A stretch of 64,000 nucleotides of DNA from Patescibacteria group bacterium (GTDB taxonomy: Bacteria > Patescibacteriota > Patescibacteriia > UBA1558 > GWA2-36-10): assembly GCA_041662585.1 (NCBI GenBank), contig JBAZSG010000002.1:13588-77587 (forward strand). The letters run 5' to 3'. Shown here piece after piece: positions 41,522 through 52,388 of the stretch. Below the pieces are notes generated by a model. That model was given only the letters and a program-made list of their open reading frames with translations. It was not told where the DNA came from and searched no databases. How positions within the stretch are numbered: the first letter of the stretch is position 1; each line of letters opens with the position of its first letter. A program made the position numbers and the translations under genes.

Positions 41522-44014
41522 TTATACAAGGGTCACTGAAGAGACCTTGTCACCACTATCTCTAAATTTCATAAGTCGTACTCCTTGAGTAGCTCGACCC
41601 AAAACATTTACGGACTTTATCGGCATCCTAATGACCTGCCCTTTTTTGGAGATAATAATCATGTCTTCTTCTTCAGCTTTCCCAGATACTATATTGGCTG
41701 AAGCAATATTACCAGTTTTTTCAGTAACCTGAGCAGTCTTAATACCACTACCACCTCTACCTTGTACTTTATAAGATGCTACAGCTGTTCGCTTACCAAA
41801 ACCATTGGCCATCACCACCATAAGTTGCTCATCAGAAGATGCTTGGCCATCTAGGATCAAATCCACACCCACTATGACATCATCTTTCTTGAGACGGATA
41901 GCTCTGACTCCAGAAGCACCACGGCCCATGGCTCTGACTGTTTTTTCTTTAAAGCGGATAGCCTGTCCTTTGGCTGTGACCAAAATAATATCATCTTTAC
42001 CAGAAGATGTTCTGACCCAATTGAGTACATCATTTCCTTTGAGCTTCATCGCTATCAGACCACTGCGACGTACATGGAAAAATTGAGATACTTCTACTCT
42101 CTTGATTACTCCATATTTGGTCAACATAACCAAATACTTGAATACTTTAAAATCTTCACTCTGAATAATAGAAGATATCTGTTCTTCTGGAGAAAGTTGT
42201 AAAAAGTTTACAATATTTTGTCCTTTGGCCGTACGAGATTGTTGAGGAACCTCATGAGCCTTGAGCTGAAATACTCTGCCTTTGGTGGTAAAAAACATCA
42301 GGTCAGCATGAGTACTGGTAGACATAAATATTTGTACTTCATCTTGCTCTTTGGTAGTGAGTCCCATCACTCCTTTGCCTCCTCTACCTTGACTACGGAA
42401 ATTTTCTGGAGAAAGTCGCTTGATATAGCCATCATGAGTCATAGTGATGACAGTGGCCTCATTGGGAATAAGATCTTTGGTTTCCATTTTACCAATAGCA
42501 GATTTGACTACCTTGGTTTTTCTTTCGTCGTTAAATTTATCTTTCAATTCTTTGAGCTCGTCTTTGATTATCTTGAGTACTTTTGTTTTACTATTTAAAA
42601 TAGCTTCCAATTCTTTGATCAACTTCAATTTTTCTTTGAGCTCATCTTCTAGTTTCATTCTCTCCAAATTGGCCAAAGATTGTAATTTCATTTCTAAAAT
42701 AGCTACAGCTTGTCTTTCACTGAGCCTAAACTTTTTCATCAAATTTATTTTGGCTACATCTTTATCTTTAGAGGCGCGAATTGTTTTGATGACCGCATCA
42801 ATTTTATCAAGGGCTTTTTTCAAACCCTCCAAAATATGAGCTCTGTCCTTGGCTTTGTCCAAATCAAATTGAGTACGACGAGTTACTACTACCTGACGGT
42901 GCTTGATATATTCTTCCAAAATACCTTGCAAATTAAGAACTCGTGGCTGAATACCATCCACTAGAGCTAGCATATTAACATGAAATTTCTCTTGCAGCTG
43001 AGTATGCTTGTAAATATTGTTTAAAACCTTATTTGGGTAAGAATCTTTTTTGAGCTCAATAACTACTCTGACACCATCTTTATCTGATTCATCGCGAAGA
43101 TCTTTGATGCCTTCTAGTTTTTTATCTTTTACTAGCTGGGCAATCTTTTCTAGCATATTGGCTTTATTGACTTGAAAAGGCACAGAAGAAATAATGATTT
43201 GATACTGTCCAGATTTTTGTTCTACAATCTCAGCTTCACCACGCATCACTATACCACCACGACCAGTGGCATAGGCAGCTCTGATATCCTCAGTATTATA
43301 AATCACGCCACCAGTTGGAAAATCTGGACCTTTGACTATATTCATCAAATCTTCAAAACTAGCTTTTGGATTTTCAATAAGTAATGTAATAGCATCTACC
43401 AATTCTCCTAAATTATGTGGTGGAATATTGGTAGCCATACCAACAGCAATGCCAGTGGTTCCATTTAAAAGTAAATTTGGCAATTTGGCTGGCAAGACTC
43501 TTGGCTCTTTGTGTGAACCATCGTAGTTTGGTATAAAATCAACTGTATTTTTTTCTATATCAAACATCAATTCTTCGGCTATGGCTCTGAGTTTGGCTTC
43601 GGTATAACGCATAGCAGCCGCACCATCACCGTCCATAGAACCAAAGTTTCCTTGTCCGTTTATCAACTGATAACGCATAGAAAAATCTTGAGCCATCCTG
43701 ACCATAGAATCATAAACAGCACTATCACCATGTGGATGATATTTACCCAGCACTTCACCAACTACTGTAGCTGATTTTCTAAATTTGGCACTATGTCTTA
43801 GACCAATGCTCCACATAGCATAAAGTATCCTACGATGGACTGGTTTTAGACCATCTCTCACATCAGGAAGAGCACGAGAAACAATAACACTCATAGCATA
43901 ATCAATGTATGAGTTTTCCATTTCTTCAACAATAGATAGTGGCTCTACTGTACCTCTATTATCGATCAAAATGTCTTGATTTGATTTCTTTTCTTTGTCT
44001 TTCTTGGTTGGCAT
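41522..44014 (-). CDS. gyrA: DNA gyrase subunit A
   Basis: [29 protein letters not shown]..., active-site Tyr region, C-terminal beta-pinwheel repeats. Confidence 0.95.
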   Translation of the reverse strand: MPTKKDKEKKSNQDILIDNRGTVEPLSIVEEMENSYIDYAMSVIVSRALPDVRDGLKPVHRRILYAMWSIGLRHSAKFRKSATVVGEVLGKYHPHGDSAVYDSMVRMAQDFSMRYQLINGQGNFGSMDGDGAAAMRYTEAKLRAIAEELMFDIEKNTVDFIPNYDGSHKEPRVLPAKLPNLLLNGTTGIAVGMATNIPPHNLGELVDAITLLIENPKASFEDLMNIVKGPDFPTGGVIYNTEDIRAAYATGRGGIVMRGEAEIVEQKSGQYQIIISSVPFQVNKANMLEKIAQLVKDKKLEGIKDLRDESDKDGVRVVIELKKDSYPNKVLNNIYKHTQLQEKFHVNMLALVDGIQPRVLNLQGILEEYIKHRQVVVTRRTQFDLDKAKDRAHILEGLKKALDKIDAVIKTIRASKDKDVAKINLMKKFRLSERQAVAILEMKLQSLANLERMKLEDELKEKLKLIKELEAILNSKTKVLKIIKDELKELKDKFNDERKTKVVKSAIGKMETKDLIPNEATVITMTHDGYIKRLSPENFRSQGRGGKGVMGLTTKEQDEVQIFMSTSTHADLMFFTTKGRVFQLKAHEVPQQSRTAKGQNIVNFLQLSPEEQISSIIQSEDFKVFKYLVMLTKYGVIKRVEVSQFFHVRRSGLIAMKLKGNDVLNWVRTSSGKDDIILVTAKGQAIRFKEKTVRAMGRGASGVRAIRLKKDDVIVGVDLILDGQASSDEQLMVVMANGFGKRTAVASYKVQGRGGSGIKTAQVTEKTGNIASANIVSGKAEEEDMIIISKKGQVIRMPIKSVNVLGRATQGVRLMKFRDSGDKVSSVTLV

Positions 44015-44039
44015 ATTATTTAACTTTGTCTAATATATA

Positions 44040-44636
44040 TTAATCAATACAAACTATTTGATTTACAAAACCATCTTCAACGATAGCCAAGCAACCATAG
44101 GCAAAAATATTTTCTGAACAAGTACCATTCATGGCAATGGCTTGGCCATTTAAAATAATCTGCTCCGAAGCCTCAGCTAAATCAGCTGTGCAATATCCTT
44201 GGCACTCGTTGCTATTTTTACATTCTAGACCAGCGTCAGTAGTAGCTAACAAACATTGTAAATTTTCTGTATTCCATTGACCCAGCTGAGATTCACAGTC
44301 TATTTGCGTGCTCGGAGATTTTATATTAGTATTTTCTTTTTCTTCTAAATACTTTTTGGCCTCTTCAACTAGCTGAGCTTGTTTGGCTTGTTTAGCTACT
44401 TCTTCGCCAATATTTTTAAAAACTTCTTGTTGTTCGCTTACTGATTCTTTTATTTCAGCAAAAGCATCCATTGAATCACCTGTTTCGTTTTTTAATTGAG
44501 TTAAAAAAATATCGTTGGTTTTTACCTTAGCAAAAGGCTCACTAGCTACCCATTGCCAAATTATCACACCGGCAAACAAAGTAACTAGTATGACCAAAAT
44601 CAAATTTTTTGTCCCCCCTGATTCAAATATAATCAT
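44040..44636 (-). CDS. Hypothetical membrane-anchored secreted protein with Cys-rich C-terminal domain
   Basis: N-terminal transmembrane helix. C-terminal 8-Cys region: QIDCESQ...QCLL...ECKNSNECQGYCT...GTCSE...GCL...VCID. Confidence 0.4.
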   Translation of the reverse strand: MIIFESGGTKNLILVILVTLFAGVIIWQWVASEPFAKVKTNDIFLTQLKNETGDSMDAFAEIKESVSEQQEVFKNIGEEVAKQAKQAQLVEEAKKYLEEKENTNIKSPSTQIDCESQLGQWNTENLQCLLATTDAGLECKNSNECQGYCTADLAEASEQIILNGQAIAMNGTCSENIFAYGCLAIVEDGFVNQIVCID

Positions 44637-45238
44637 TTTTGTAATTTAAGAACAATCAACTTAATATCTTCTTGAGGAAGATCTTTTTTCTTTATTTTAT
44701 ATTTATCTTCTTCTTCAGCCTTCACACCAAATTCTTTTACAAAAACGTCTATATTATCTACTTTGAGCTTACCGGAACCAGGATTATAACAACTTGGTAT
44801 CACTATGCGTGGTTCTACTTGCTGAATAATTTTGGAGGCCTCTTTGGCAGTAGTTAAGTCTCCACCACCAACTGGCAAAATCAAAATATCGGCACCCTCT
44901 ATCAATTCTAAATCTCCATTGGATAAATCTTCATGAGCAAACTCTCCCAAAAAAGCAATTTTGATGCCTTCAAAAACAACAAAATAAATAATATTTCCTT
45001 TGACTTCTCGCCCATAAACAAAAACATCCGATATCTCATACTCACCTGCTGAATCAACTACAAATGCTTCTTTATTAAATTTGGCTTGATCTATCTGACT
45101 AGGGTCAGAAAACAAAATAATATCGGCGCTTGTTTTGGGAAATTTTGTTACCTTATCTAATCCATAAGGATTAACTATTAGTGAATGTGTGTTGTTTTTT
45201 AATTTAAAATAATTAAATCCATGCCATGAAATTATCAT
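44633..45238 (-). CDS. Metal-dependent hydrolase, beta-lactamase fold (UPF0173-like)
   Basis: MIISWHGFNYFKLKNNTHSLIVNP...ADIILFSDP...ILILPVGGG pattern of UPF0173 MBL-fold proteins. Confidence 0.55.
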   Translation of the reverse strand: MIISWHGFNYFKLKNNTHSLIVNPYGLDKVTKFPKTSADIILFSDPSQIDQAKFNKEAFVVDSAGEYEISDVFVYGREVKGNIIYFVVFEGIKIAFLGEFAHEDLSNGDLELIEGADILILPVGGGDLTTAKEASKIIQQVEPRIVIPSCYNPGSGKLKVDNIDVFVKEFGVKAEEEDKYKIKKKDLPQEDIKLIVLKLQK

Positions 45239-45493
45239 ATTTTTGAAGTATTTTTATATCTTTTAATACTAAGAATTTTAACATAAACAAGGTCAAAAGT
45301 AAAGATAAAAATAAGCTATTTTAGACCATTTTTTATGGCTTTTAAGACAAGAAATACTAGTAAGTATAAGGGCTTGATTTTTTTTATCATTTATGGTAAT
45401 GTAAGGCAGCTTATAAATAATAAACATCTCCAAATTCGACAAGTTTGGAGGCTCGGTCCCAAGATGGGAAAGGGATAATTCATAATAATTAAT

Positions 45494-46726
45494 ATGTCAG
45501 AAGAAAAAACAACCACTCCGCATCCAATGGACCTGCTACTTCAAGATGAAAAAGCAGTGATAGTTCCAAAAGAAGGAGACTTGGTCACTGGTACAATTAT
45601 CAGTCTCTCTAAAAATGAAATTTATCTAGACATTGATGGTATCACTACAGGTATTATCCTAGGTAGAGAAATCTATGATGAATCAGATGAAACATCAGCT
45701 TTAAAAATAGGCGATAAAGCAACAGCTACTGTAGTCGGCCTAGACAATGAAAATGGCTATATGGAGCTATCATTACGTGAGGCTGGCCATAAAAAAGCTT
45801 GGGACACTCTAGAAGAGCTCTATCGAGAGGGCACTATTGTTGATTCCAAAGTCATTGATGCCAACAAAGGAGGTCTGATGATAAAAATTGGTAATGTCGT
45901 AGGCTTTTTACCAGTATCTCAACTAACCATTGAACATTATCCTCGTATTGAAGGTGGTGATAAAAGTAAAATCCTTACTCACTTAAAAAGTTTTGTAAAT
46001 CAAGCTTTGAAAACCAAAGTCATTGATATAAACGAAAAAGAAGAAAAACTTATTGTTTCTGAAAAAGCTGCTTGGAATGATAAACAGAAAAAAGTTATTT
46101 CAAAATTCAATGTTGGTGATAAAGTAGAAGGTAAAGTTACTGGTGTGGTAGATTTTGGTGCTTTTGTAGAGTTTGGTGATGGACTAGAAGGTCTAGTACA
46201 TATTTCCGAATTGGCTTGGCAAAGAATTGACAATCCAAGAGATGTCATCAAAGTCGGTGACCATGTAAAAGCAGAAATTATCGACATTGAAAATACCAAA
46301 ATTTCTCTTTCTATCAAAAAACTACAAAAAGATCCTTGGGTTGAGGTAGCTGCCAAATATCAAATCGGCCAAAAAGTAAAAGGCAAAGTTCTCAAAGTAA
46401 ATCCATTTGGTGCTTTTGTAGAATTGGATACTGATATTCATGGTCTAGTGCATATTTCTGAACTTAGTAGCAAAAAAGTTGCTAATCCAGAAGATCTAGT
46501 AACTGTGGGCAAAGAATACGAATTTACAATTTTAACTATCGAGCCAAAGCATCATCGTCTAGGCCTTTCTCTAAAAGGAATAGATACAAAGAAAGATGCT
46601 AAAAACAAAGAAGAAAAACAAGACGAAAAGAAAGATAAAGCCGAAAAATCAAGCAAAGAAAAAGTAGTCAAAGAAAAAAAGAAAGAAGAGAAAACAGAAG
46701 AAAAGAAAGATAAAGAAACAAAATAA
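45494..46726 (+). CDS. rpsA: 30S ribosomal protein S1 (four S1 domains plus K/E-rich tail)
   Basis: Repeated S1 motifs (GDLVTGTIISL.., GDKVEGKVTGVVDFGAFVEF.., GQKVKGKVLKVNPFGAFVEL..). Confidence 0.75.
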   Translation: MSEEKTTTPHPMDLLLQDEKAVIVPKEGDLVTGTIISLSKNEIYLDIDGITTGIILGREIYDESDETSALKIGDKATATVVGLDNENGYMELSLREAGHKKAWDTLEELYREGTIVDSKVIDANKGGLMIKIGNVVGFLPVSQLTIEHYPRIEGGDKSKILTHLKSFVNQALKTKVIDINEKEEKLIVSEKAAWNDKQKKVISKFNVGDKVEGKVTGVVDFGAFVEFGDGLEGLVHISELAWQRIDNPRDVIKVGDHVKAEIIDIENTKISLSIKKLQKDPWVEVAAKYQIGQKVKGKVLKVNPFGAFVELDTDIHGLVHISELSSKKVANPEDLVTVGKEYEFTILTIEPKHHRLGLSLKGIDTKKDAKNKEEKQDEKKDKAEKSSKEKVVKEKKKEEKTEEKKDKETK

Positions 46727-46826
46727 ATTTAGAAATTTTGCCCCGTTAGAAATATCCCCTAATATTTGATATACTAAAGTATCAAGACTAGGCCTCTAAC
46801 GGGGTTAAAATAATAAAGAAAATTAT

Positions 46827-48629
46827 ATGAAAAATATTGCCAAAAATTTCCTGATATTTTTTCTGATATTTGCAGCTATTATGACTGTTTTCAGTCTGTT
46901 TGATAATAGCAATAAAAATATTGAAGAAATATCCATAGCTAAATTGGTTCAAGAAATCAATAATGAAGAAGTAAAAAGCATTACTGTCAAAGGTAATGAT
47001 CTTGATATAATACTAAAAGACGAAAGTGAACAGTCTAGTAAAAAAGAAGTCACTGAATCTCTTAGTGAGGTCCTCAAAAACTACGATGTCTCTACTGAAA
47101 AAATAGCTAGTGTAGATATCAATATTGGTGATGAAACTAGCTCGAGTTTTTTACTTACTATCTTGCCATTTATTATTCCGGCTCTATTTATTATCGGACT
47201 TATTTGGTTTATGATGCGCCAAGTCCAAGGTGTCAACTCCAAAGCTATGACCTTTGGTCAGTCTGGAGCCAAAATTGCTGATCAAAAACAAAAAGTCACC
47301 TTCAAAGATGTGGCTGGTGCCAAAGAAGCCAAAGAAGATTTGGTAGAGATAGTAGACTTTCTAAAATACCCACAAAAATATGTATCTATGGGAGCCAAGA
47401 TTCCCAAAGGAGTACTACTGCTCGGCTCTCCTGGCACTGGTAAGACACTTTTAGCTAGAGCTACCTCTGGTGAAGCCAAGGTACCATTTTTTCATATATC
47501 AGGATCTGAATTTGTAGAAATGTTTGTCGGTGTCGGCGCTAGTCGCGTCCGAGATTTGTTTAAAAAAGCCAAAAAAGCTGCACCTTGTATTATCTTTATT
47601 GATGAAATAGATGCTGTTGGTCGCCAACGTGGTGCAGGACTAGGAGGATCTCATGACGAAAGAGAACAAACTCTAAACCAAATCTTGGTAGAAATGGATG
47701 GTTTTGACAATCAAACCAATATTATCATCCTAGCCGCCACCAATAGACCAGATGTCTTGGATCCTGCACTGCTTCGACCAGGACGTTTTGATAGACAAGT
47801 AGTCATAGACTTGCCAGATATAAAAGATCGCGAAGCGATACTCAAAATTCATGCCAACAAAAAACCACTAGAAAAAGAAGTAGATCTAAAACTAGTAGCT
47901 CAACGTACACCAGGCTTTTCTGGAGCTGACTTGGCCAATCTATTAAATGAAGCAGCTATAGTAGCTGCCAGAGCCAACAAAAAAACTATTAGTAGTCAAA
48001 CTGTACTTGATTCTATAGAAAGAGTCTTGCTAGGACGAGAGCGCAAAAGTCATATCTTGTCTGAAAAAGAAAAGAAAATCACCGCTTATCATGAAGCCGG
48101 ACACGCCTTGATAGCCCACATATTACCAAATGCTGATCCAGTGCACAAAGTGTCCATCATCTCTCGTGGACGAGCTGCAGGCTACACTATCAATCTACCA
48201 ACTGAAGACAAAAAAATGCAAAGCTATTCTGATTTTATAGATTCTATGGCTGTGCTACTTGGTGGTTTTGCTGCTGAAAAAATATTTTTTGGTGAAGTGA
48301 CTACTGGTGCTTCCAATGATTTACAAAGAGCTACGGCTACAGCTAGAAAAATAGTAACTCAATTTGGTATGGACGAAAAACTAGGACCTCGTACTTTTGG
48401 TCAAAAAGATGAGATGATTTTCCTAGGCAAAGAAATACACGAGCGTCGTGACTATAGTGAAAAAACTGCTCAGACTATTGATGAAGAAATATCAAATTAT
48501 ATACATGCCGCTTTGGCTACGGCTACTAAAACCATCAATGATAATAAAGCCAAGATGGAAAAAATAGTAGCGGTATTGGTAGAAAGAGAAACTATAGAAA
48601 AAGAAGAATTTGATAAATTATTGGCTTAA
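46827..48629 (+). CDS. ftsH: ATP-dependent zinc metalloprotease FtsH
   Basis: [18 protein letters not shown] (Walker A), [18 protein letters not shown] zinc site. N-terminal transmembrane helices. Confidence 0.95.
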   Translation: MKNIAKNFLIFFLIFAAIMTVFSLFDNSNKNIEEISIAKLVQEINNEEVKSITVKGNDLDIILKDESEQSSKKEVTESLSEVLKNYDVSTEKIASVDINIGDETSSSFLLTILPFIIPALFIIGLIWFMMRQVQGVNSKAMTFGQSGAKIADQKQKVTFKDVAGAKEAKEDLVEIVDFLKYPQKYVSMGAKIPKGVLLLGSPGTGKTLLARATSGEAKVPFFHISGSEFVEMFVGVGASRVRDLFKKAKKAAPCIIFIDEIDAVGRQRGAGLGGSHDEREQTLNQILVEMDGFDNQTNIIILAATNRPDVLDPALLRPGRFDRQVVIDLPDIKDREAILKIHANKKPLEKEVDLKLVAQRTPGFSGADLANLLNEAAIVAARANKKTISSQTVLDSIERVLLGRERKSHILSEKEKKITAYHEAGHALIAHILPNADPVHKVSIISRGRAAGYTINLPTEDKKMQSYSDFIDSMAVLLGGFAAEKIFFGEVTTGASNDLQRATATARKIVTQFGMDEKLGPRTFGQKDEMIFLGKEIHERRDYSEKTAQTIDEEISNYIHAALATATKTINDNKAKMEKIVAVLVERETIEKEEFDKLLA

Positions 48630-48642
48630 AAATCTTTTAAAA

Positions 48643-48668
48643 ATCTCCCTTATCGGGAGGTTTTTTTA
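48643..48668 (+). terminator. Rho-independent terminator after ftsH
   Basis: tctccc-ttatc-gggagg-ttttttt. Confidence 0.7.
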
Positions 48669-48810
48669 TTTATTTACATATTGACTGACTTAAGCTAAAC
48701 TTTCAATAAGTGCGTAAGCATACTGTTATCCGCAATTTTACTCAGTTTTCATTTTTTCTTTTACTAAATGGTAGGTGGGAAAAATAATTTACTAATTAAT
48801 CAAAAAAATT

Positions 48811-49521
48811 ATGTCCATCGAAAAACCAAATTTTAATAAACCAGAATCTCCAGACGCAAAAAATGAATCTGAAGAAAAATATGAAAATGGCAACATTACA
48901 TTTTTTGCAGAGGGCGCTAAAAATAATGGTCAAATTGAAATAGCTAAAAATATTACCGAAACCATCGCACCATATATGGACAACAAAGTTCATGTTCAAT
49001 ACAAAAAAATAAAAGCAGAAAATCCTGGTTTTAATTCTAGATTAAATCCAAAATTTCGAGATGAAAATTATCACGATTCAATTACAATCAATTCTGATTA
49101 TCAATATCAAGATGAATTACCATTTATTTTAGCACACGAGCTGGGCCATTCCTTTGAAGAAAAATTAGAGCAAATTGTAAAAAATGATGAGGTAGAAACA
49201 CTACCAGTCGGAATGGACGATGAGTATGCAGATTTTTATGCTGATTTGATTGCGGTTTATATTCTTAGACCGGAATTATTAAAAAAACTTGAAGACATTC
49301 CAGCTGGTCAAAACACTTTATTGGCTATTCAAAAAATGTTTAGTGGCAATGATTTTACTGAATTAAGAACAAAATTAAATTTATTGCCCCACCCAAAGAC
49401 CACTATAGAGCCAGATAGCGAAGAAGAAATGGAAAGAAAAGCAAGACTTGATAAACTTTTTGAAAGGGTTTTTGACAAAATCAATGAGTATATTAATCAA
49501 AAATATACACGCGAAAATTAG
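48811..49521 (+). CDS. ImmA/IrrE-like HExxH metallopeptidase-domain protein
   Basis: LPFILAHELGHSFEE is followed about 35 aa later by DDEYADFYADLIAVYILRP, the E..A(N/D).FA..LL.P pattern characteristic of the COG2856 ImmA/IrrE family. Confidence 0.45.
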   Translation: MSIEKPNFNKPESPDAKNESEEKYENGNITFFAEGAKNNGQIEIAKNITETIAPYMDNKVHVQYKKIKAENPGFNSRLNPKFRDENYHDSITINSDYQYQDELPFILAHELGHSFEEKLEQIVKNDEVETLPVGMDDEYADFYADLIAVYILRPELLKKLEDIPAGQNTLLAIQKMFSGNDFTELRTKLNLLPHPKTTIEPDSEEEMERKARLDKLFERVFDKINEYINQKYTREN

Positions 49522-49595
49522 TTGGACCTATTCCTTTTCTTTCTTAATATTTAATAGCAACTATTTTATAAACTTTAATTACTAAGTTTACTACT

Positions 49596-50129
49596 ATGCA
49601 TAAAACAAAAAGATTCATTGTTTGGACAATTATTTTGACTCTTGCGCTAGCTGTTCTATTAGCAACACCCTTTACCAGCGAAGTGCAATGGAATGAAACT
49701 ATTGCTTACATAGTCATATTACTGGCAGTTGGTGGAGCTTATGAATTGTGGCAATGGTTAAAAACTCGTGACAAAATATATCATATCGCTTTTGGCCTTG
49801 GATTTATGGGAATATTACTCCTCGGCTGGATCAGTGGAGCCATTGGTATTATTGGCAGTGAAAACAACTCTGTAAACTTGCTGTATTGGCTAGTGCCATC
49901 TGTCGGACTTATCGGCTCTATACTTTCTCGCTTTAAACCACGTGGTATGGACCTTACGTTGTTTGCAATGGCTATTGTTCAATTTTTGGTTCCAGTAGTT
50001 GCATTGATTGTATCGCCAGAAGTCAGCTGGGGCAACGCCGGAGTTATTGGTGTGTTTGTTGTCAACTTCATTTTCGCAGCAATATTTACTGTATCGGCAT
50101 TACTGTTTCGCCATGCAAACACCAACTAA
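49596..50129 (+). CDS. Hypothetical membrane protein (4-5 transmembrane helices)
   Basis: ORF with hydrophobic helices only. Confidence 0.4.
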   Translation: MHKTKRFIVWTIILTLALAVLLATPFTSEVQWNETIAYIVILLAVGGAYELWQWLKTRDKIYHIAFGLGFMGILLLGWISGAIGIIGSENNSVNLLYWLVPSVGLIGSILSRFKPRGMDLTLFAMAIVQFLVPVVALIVSPEVSWGNAGVIGVFVVNFIFAAIFTVSALLFRHANTN

Positions 50130-50169
50130 AATAACAAAAATACGCTAAATTATATAAAAAAATAATTTT

Positions 50170-50637
50170 ATGAACTACAAACACACTCAAATTGGATATC
50201 TGATGATAATTATTACCTTGGCTATGCTGATATTTTTTGCTTGGCTTTATGCTACTAGTGCCGCTGAGCCTGAGTCAGTCGACTCTGGTACAAACTTGGC
50301 CGTTACTAGCGTTATGATATTAATTCTGTGTATTCTTGTTTCTTTTTGTTCACTAAAAGTAACTATTGATGAAAAATATTTGTATATCAAATTTGGCTAT
50401 GGTATTTATAAAAAAAAGTTTTTGCTCAGTGACATACTATCTACCAAAAACGTAAAAAATCATTGGTATTATGGCTGGGGTATACGGTTGTGGTTTTGGC
50501 CCAAGATGTGGATTTATAATATTTCTGGTTTTGACGCGATTGAAATTCAGATGAAGAACGGTAAAATCTACCGAATCGGAACAGATGAGCCAGAAAAGCT
50601 TGAAACTGCAATCAAAAAGAAAAAGAGCAGTTTATAG
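50170..50637 (+). CDS. Bacterial PH-domain (bPH_2/YdbS-like) membrane protein
   Basis: Two N-terminal transmembrane helices followed by a domain of about 90 aa: LKVTIDEKYLYIKFGYGIYKKKFLLSDI...IEIQMKNGKIYRIGTDEPEKL. The 3' end (KKKKSSL*) runs into repeat R1. Confidence 0.45.
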   Translation: MNYKHTQIGYLMIIITLAMLIFFAWLYATSAAEPESVDSGTNLAVTSVMILILCILVSFCSLKVTIDEKYLYIKFGYGIYKKKFLLSDILSTKNVKNHWYYGWGIRLWFWPKMWIYNISGFDAIEIQMKNGKIYRIGTDEPEKLETAIKKKKSSL

Positions 50638-50729
50638 ACATGCTCTTAGGGTCTGGGTTGCGTTTCAACGCAGGAACAATGACACCAACATTGGGATGGC
50701 AATCAATATGAACATAACTGTGTAAGACA
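50614..50729. repeat. Boundary repeat R1, copy 1 (terminator plus 3' coding end of the minus-strand membrane gene)
   Basis: About 90% identical to 52273-52388 (aaaaagaaaaagagcagtttatagacRtgctcttagggtctgggttgcgt.t.a.cgcaggaacaatgacaccaa...aacataactgtgtaagaca). Confidence 0.8.
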
Positions 50730-51243
50730 GGCGTAGGAGATTTTTATTAACCTCCCTCAAAATAATTCCGTAGCCAGTTTCCTTGTTGATGCCAAGTTCA
50801 TCATCAATACCAAGAAATAAACAAACGAAAAAAATGCCAAAGACAAAGACAACGACTACAGGGACATCCATGTGGCTAACAATAATGAAATATATGAAGG
50901 AAAAAACCATGACACTGTAAAAGGCAGCGGCAAAGGCAGATAAAAAACCAGAAGTAACCTCTTCTACCAGGCGATTCTTCAAAGCCAACCGACACATCTT
51001 CAAAGCCAAGAAAAAACAGCAAGGATACAGAGCTAAAAACGCTATCGCTACAGTAATGGCAATGGCATCATCCCAATTATCTGTCAAAGACAGGGCGATA
51101 AAATACACTGATAGCGTGACCACCGTGGCAATCAGTTGCCACTTCCCCAGTTTATCCCACCACAGAGGCAATTGGGGTCTAGCTGTTTTCTCCCACCACA
51201 AGAATAATGGGGACAATTGAAACGTCATCGTCAACCTCCTCAC
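50665..51243 (-). CDS. Polytopic membrane protein, paralog A1 (192 aa) with Trp-rich N-terminus
   Basis: MRRLTMTFQLSPLFLWWEKTARPQLPLWW... The N-terminal 60 aa and C-terminal 20 aa are near-identical to 52324-52854; the middle differs. A strong RBS (GGAGG) is present. Confidence 0.6.
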   Translation of the reverse strand: MRRLTMTFQLSPLFLWWEKTARPQLPLWWDKLGKWQLIATVVTLSVYFIALSLTDNWDDAIAITVAIAFLALYPCCFFLALKMCRLALKNRLVEEVTSGFLSAFAAAFYSVMVFSFIYFIIVSHMDVPVVVVFVFGIFFVCLFLGIDDELGINKETGYGIILREVNKNLLRLSYTVMFILIAIPMLVSLFLR

Positions 51244-51313
51244 ACAATATAATTAAAGTACAATTAATTTAATAAAACATATTAACACGCTGCTACACTA
51301 CTGTCAATATAAT
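51048..51313. repeat. Boundary repeat R2, copy 1 (5' coding end of the membrane gene plus promoter/5'UTR)
   Basis: Near-identical to about 52659-52920. The minus strand carries TTGACA (51307-51302) - 17 nt - TAATAT (51284-51279) and RBS GGAGG. Confidence 0.8.
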
Positions 51314-51353
51314 ACCTATAAAAAAACATTACCCCTAGTACTAATAATAAATT

Positions 51354-51905
51354 ATGAATAACGAAAATAATTTTTCTCAAAATATTGAACAGCCAGAACA
51401 ATGGCCCAAAAAAATTTCTGTCCAGTTTGATCAAAACCATTTTGACGGCCAAGAAATTGATAAAAAAGCCGTAGATTATCAAAAAGACTCTGGAAACAGC
51501 TGGTTACCAGGATCACTAAATAACTGGTGGAAAAAAATTTGTTTAGAGAACGAGCCAGAAGTTTCTGCTGAAGAACTAGGAGAAATTATTTATTATTTGA
51601 TAGAAGTAGCCAGAAATGCTATAGAAAAAGTCGGCAGTGGTGAAATCGAGGTTATTTTTGATAAAAATAAAATTACCTTTGTGGTAACTGATCAAGGAGT
51701 GGGATTTGAAAATCCACTCCAACAAATCAAACCCAAACACGGCTTATATGAAGTGCGTGGTTATGCTGATGAGTTTACAATTGAAACCAATGGAAAAAAA
51801 TACACCAAAATACCCAATAGCTTAAATCTTGATCAATCGGAAGAAACCGATGTCATACAAGGTTCTCGTATAACTTTTACAAAAAATTATGATGAGAAAA
51901 AATAG
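51354..51905 (+). CDS. GHKL/HATPase_c-like ATP-binding protein (RsbW/SpoIIAB-type serine-kinase-like)
   Basis: EIIYYLIEVARNAIEKVGSGEIEVIF...ITFVVTDQGVGF: N-box and G1-box-like pattern of the histidine-kinase-like ATPase fold. 183 aa. Confidence 0.45.
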   Translation: MNNENNFSQNIEQPEQWPKKISVQFDQNHFDGQEIDKKAVDYQKDSGNSWLPGSLNNWWKKICLENEPEVSAEELGEIIYYLIEVARNAIEKVGSGEIEVIFDKNKITFVVTDQGVGFENPLQQIKPKHGLYEVRGYADEFTIETNGKKYTKIPNSLNLDQSEETDVIQGSRITFTKNYDEKK

Positions 51906-51925
51906 CTAAATATTATTTTATCATT

Positions 51926-52210
51926 ATGAAACATCAAAATATAGTCCGTATTGCTATCATTGTAGGGTTGATTTTACTCGTACCTCTGATAGCTATGCAA
52001 TTTACAGAAGAAGTAAACTGGAGTTTAACAGACTTTGTTGTTATGGGTGCACTCCTATTTGGTACTGGTCTTGGCATTAACTTTGCCTTAAACAAACTTT
52101 CCAATCCAGAATATCGAGTTATCGTTGTTACTATTATCGTGCTAATTTTTTTGTTGATTTGGGTGGAACTGGCAGTTGGAATATTTAATACACCATTTGC
52201 CGGAAGCTAA
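51926..52210 (+). CDS. Small membrane protein (94 aa, 3 transmembrane helices)
   Basis: ORF with hydrophobic helices. It is followed by repeat R3. Confidence 0.4.
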   Translation: MKHQNIVRIAIIVGLILLVPLIAMQFTEEVNWSLTDFVVMGALLFGTGLGINFALNKLSNPEYRVIVVTIIVLIFLLIWVELAVGIFNTPFAGS

Positions 52211-52211
52211 T

Positions 52212-52250
52212 ATAATTAAATAAATTTTTTAATTTAAAATATAAACACCG
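52212..52250. repeat. Boundary repeat R3, copy 1 (taaataaattttttaatttaaaatataaacacc)
   Basis: About 90% identical to 53863-53900, in each case immediately after the last plus-strand gene of a unit. Confidence 0.7.
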
Positions 52251-52272
52251 TAGGCGATATTCCATTTTAGAT

Positions 52273-52388
52273 AAAAAGAAAAAGAGCAGTTTATAGACGT
52301 GCTCTTAGGGTCTGGGTTGCGTCTCAGCGCAGGAACAATGACACCAATATTGGTATTGAGATTGACATGAACATAACTGTGTAAGACA
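52273..52388. repeat. Boundary repeat R1, copy 2
   Basis: See R1 copy 1. It retains about 25 nt matching the 3' end of the 50170-50637 gene, although that gene is absent from this unit. Confidence 0.8.

Noticed and set aside
41497-41529. 11-codon N-terminal extension of RuvB overlapping gyrA stop
   Set aside because: The internal Met has a G-rich RBS-like sequence upstream and avoids an 8-bp overlap with gyrA. The alternative start cannot be excluded, so the start confidence is kept low.
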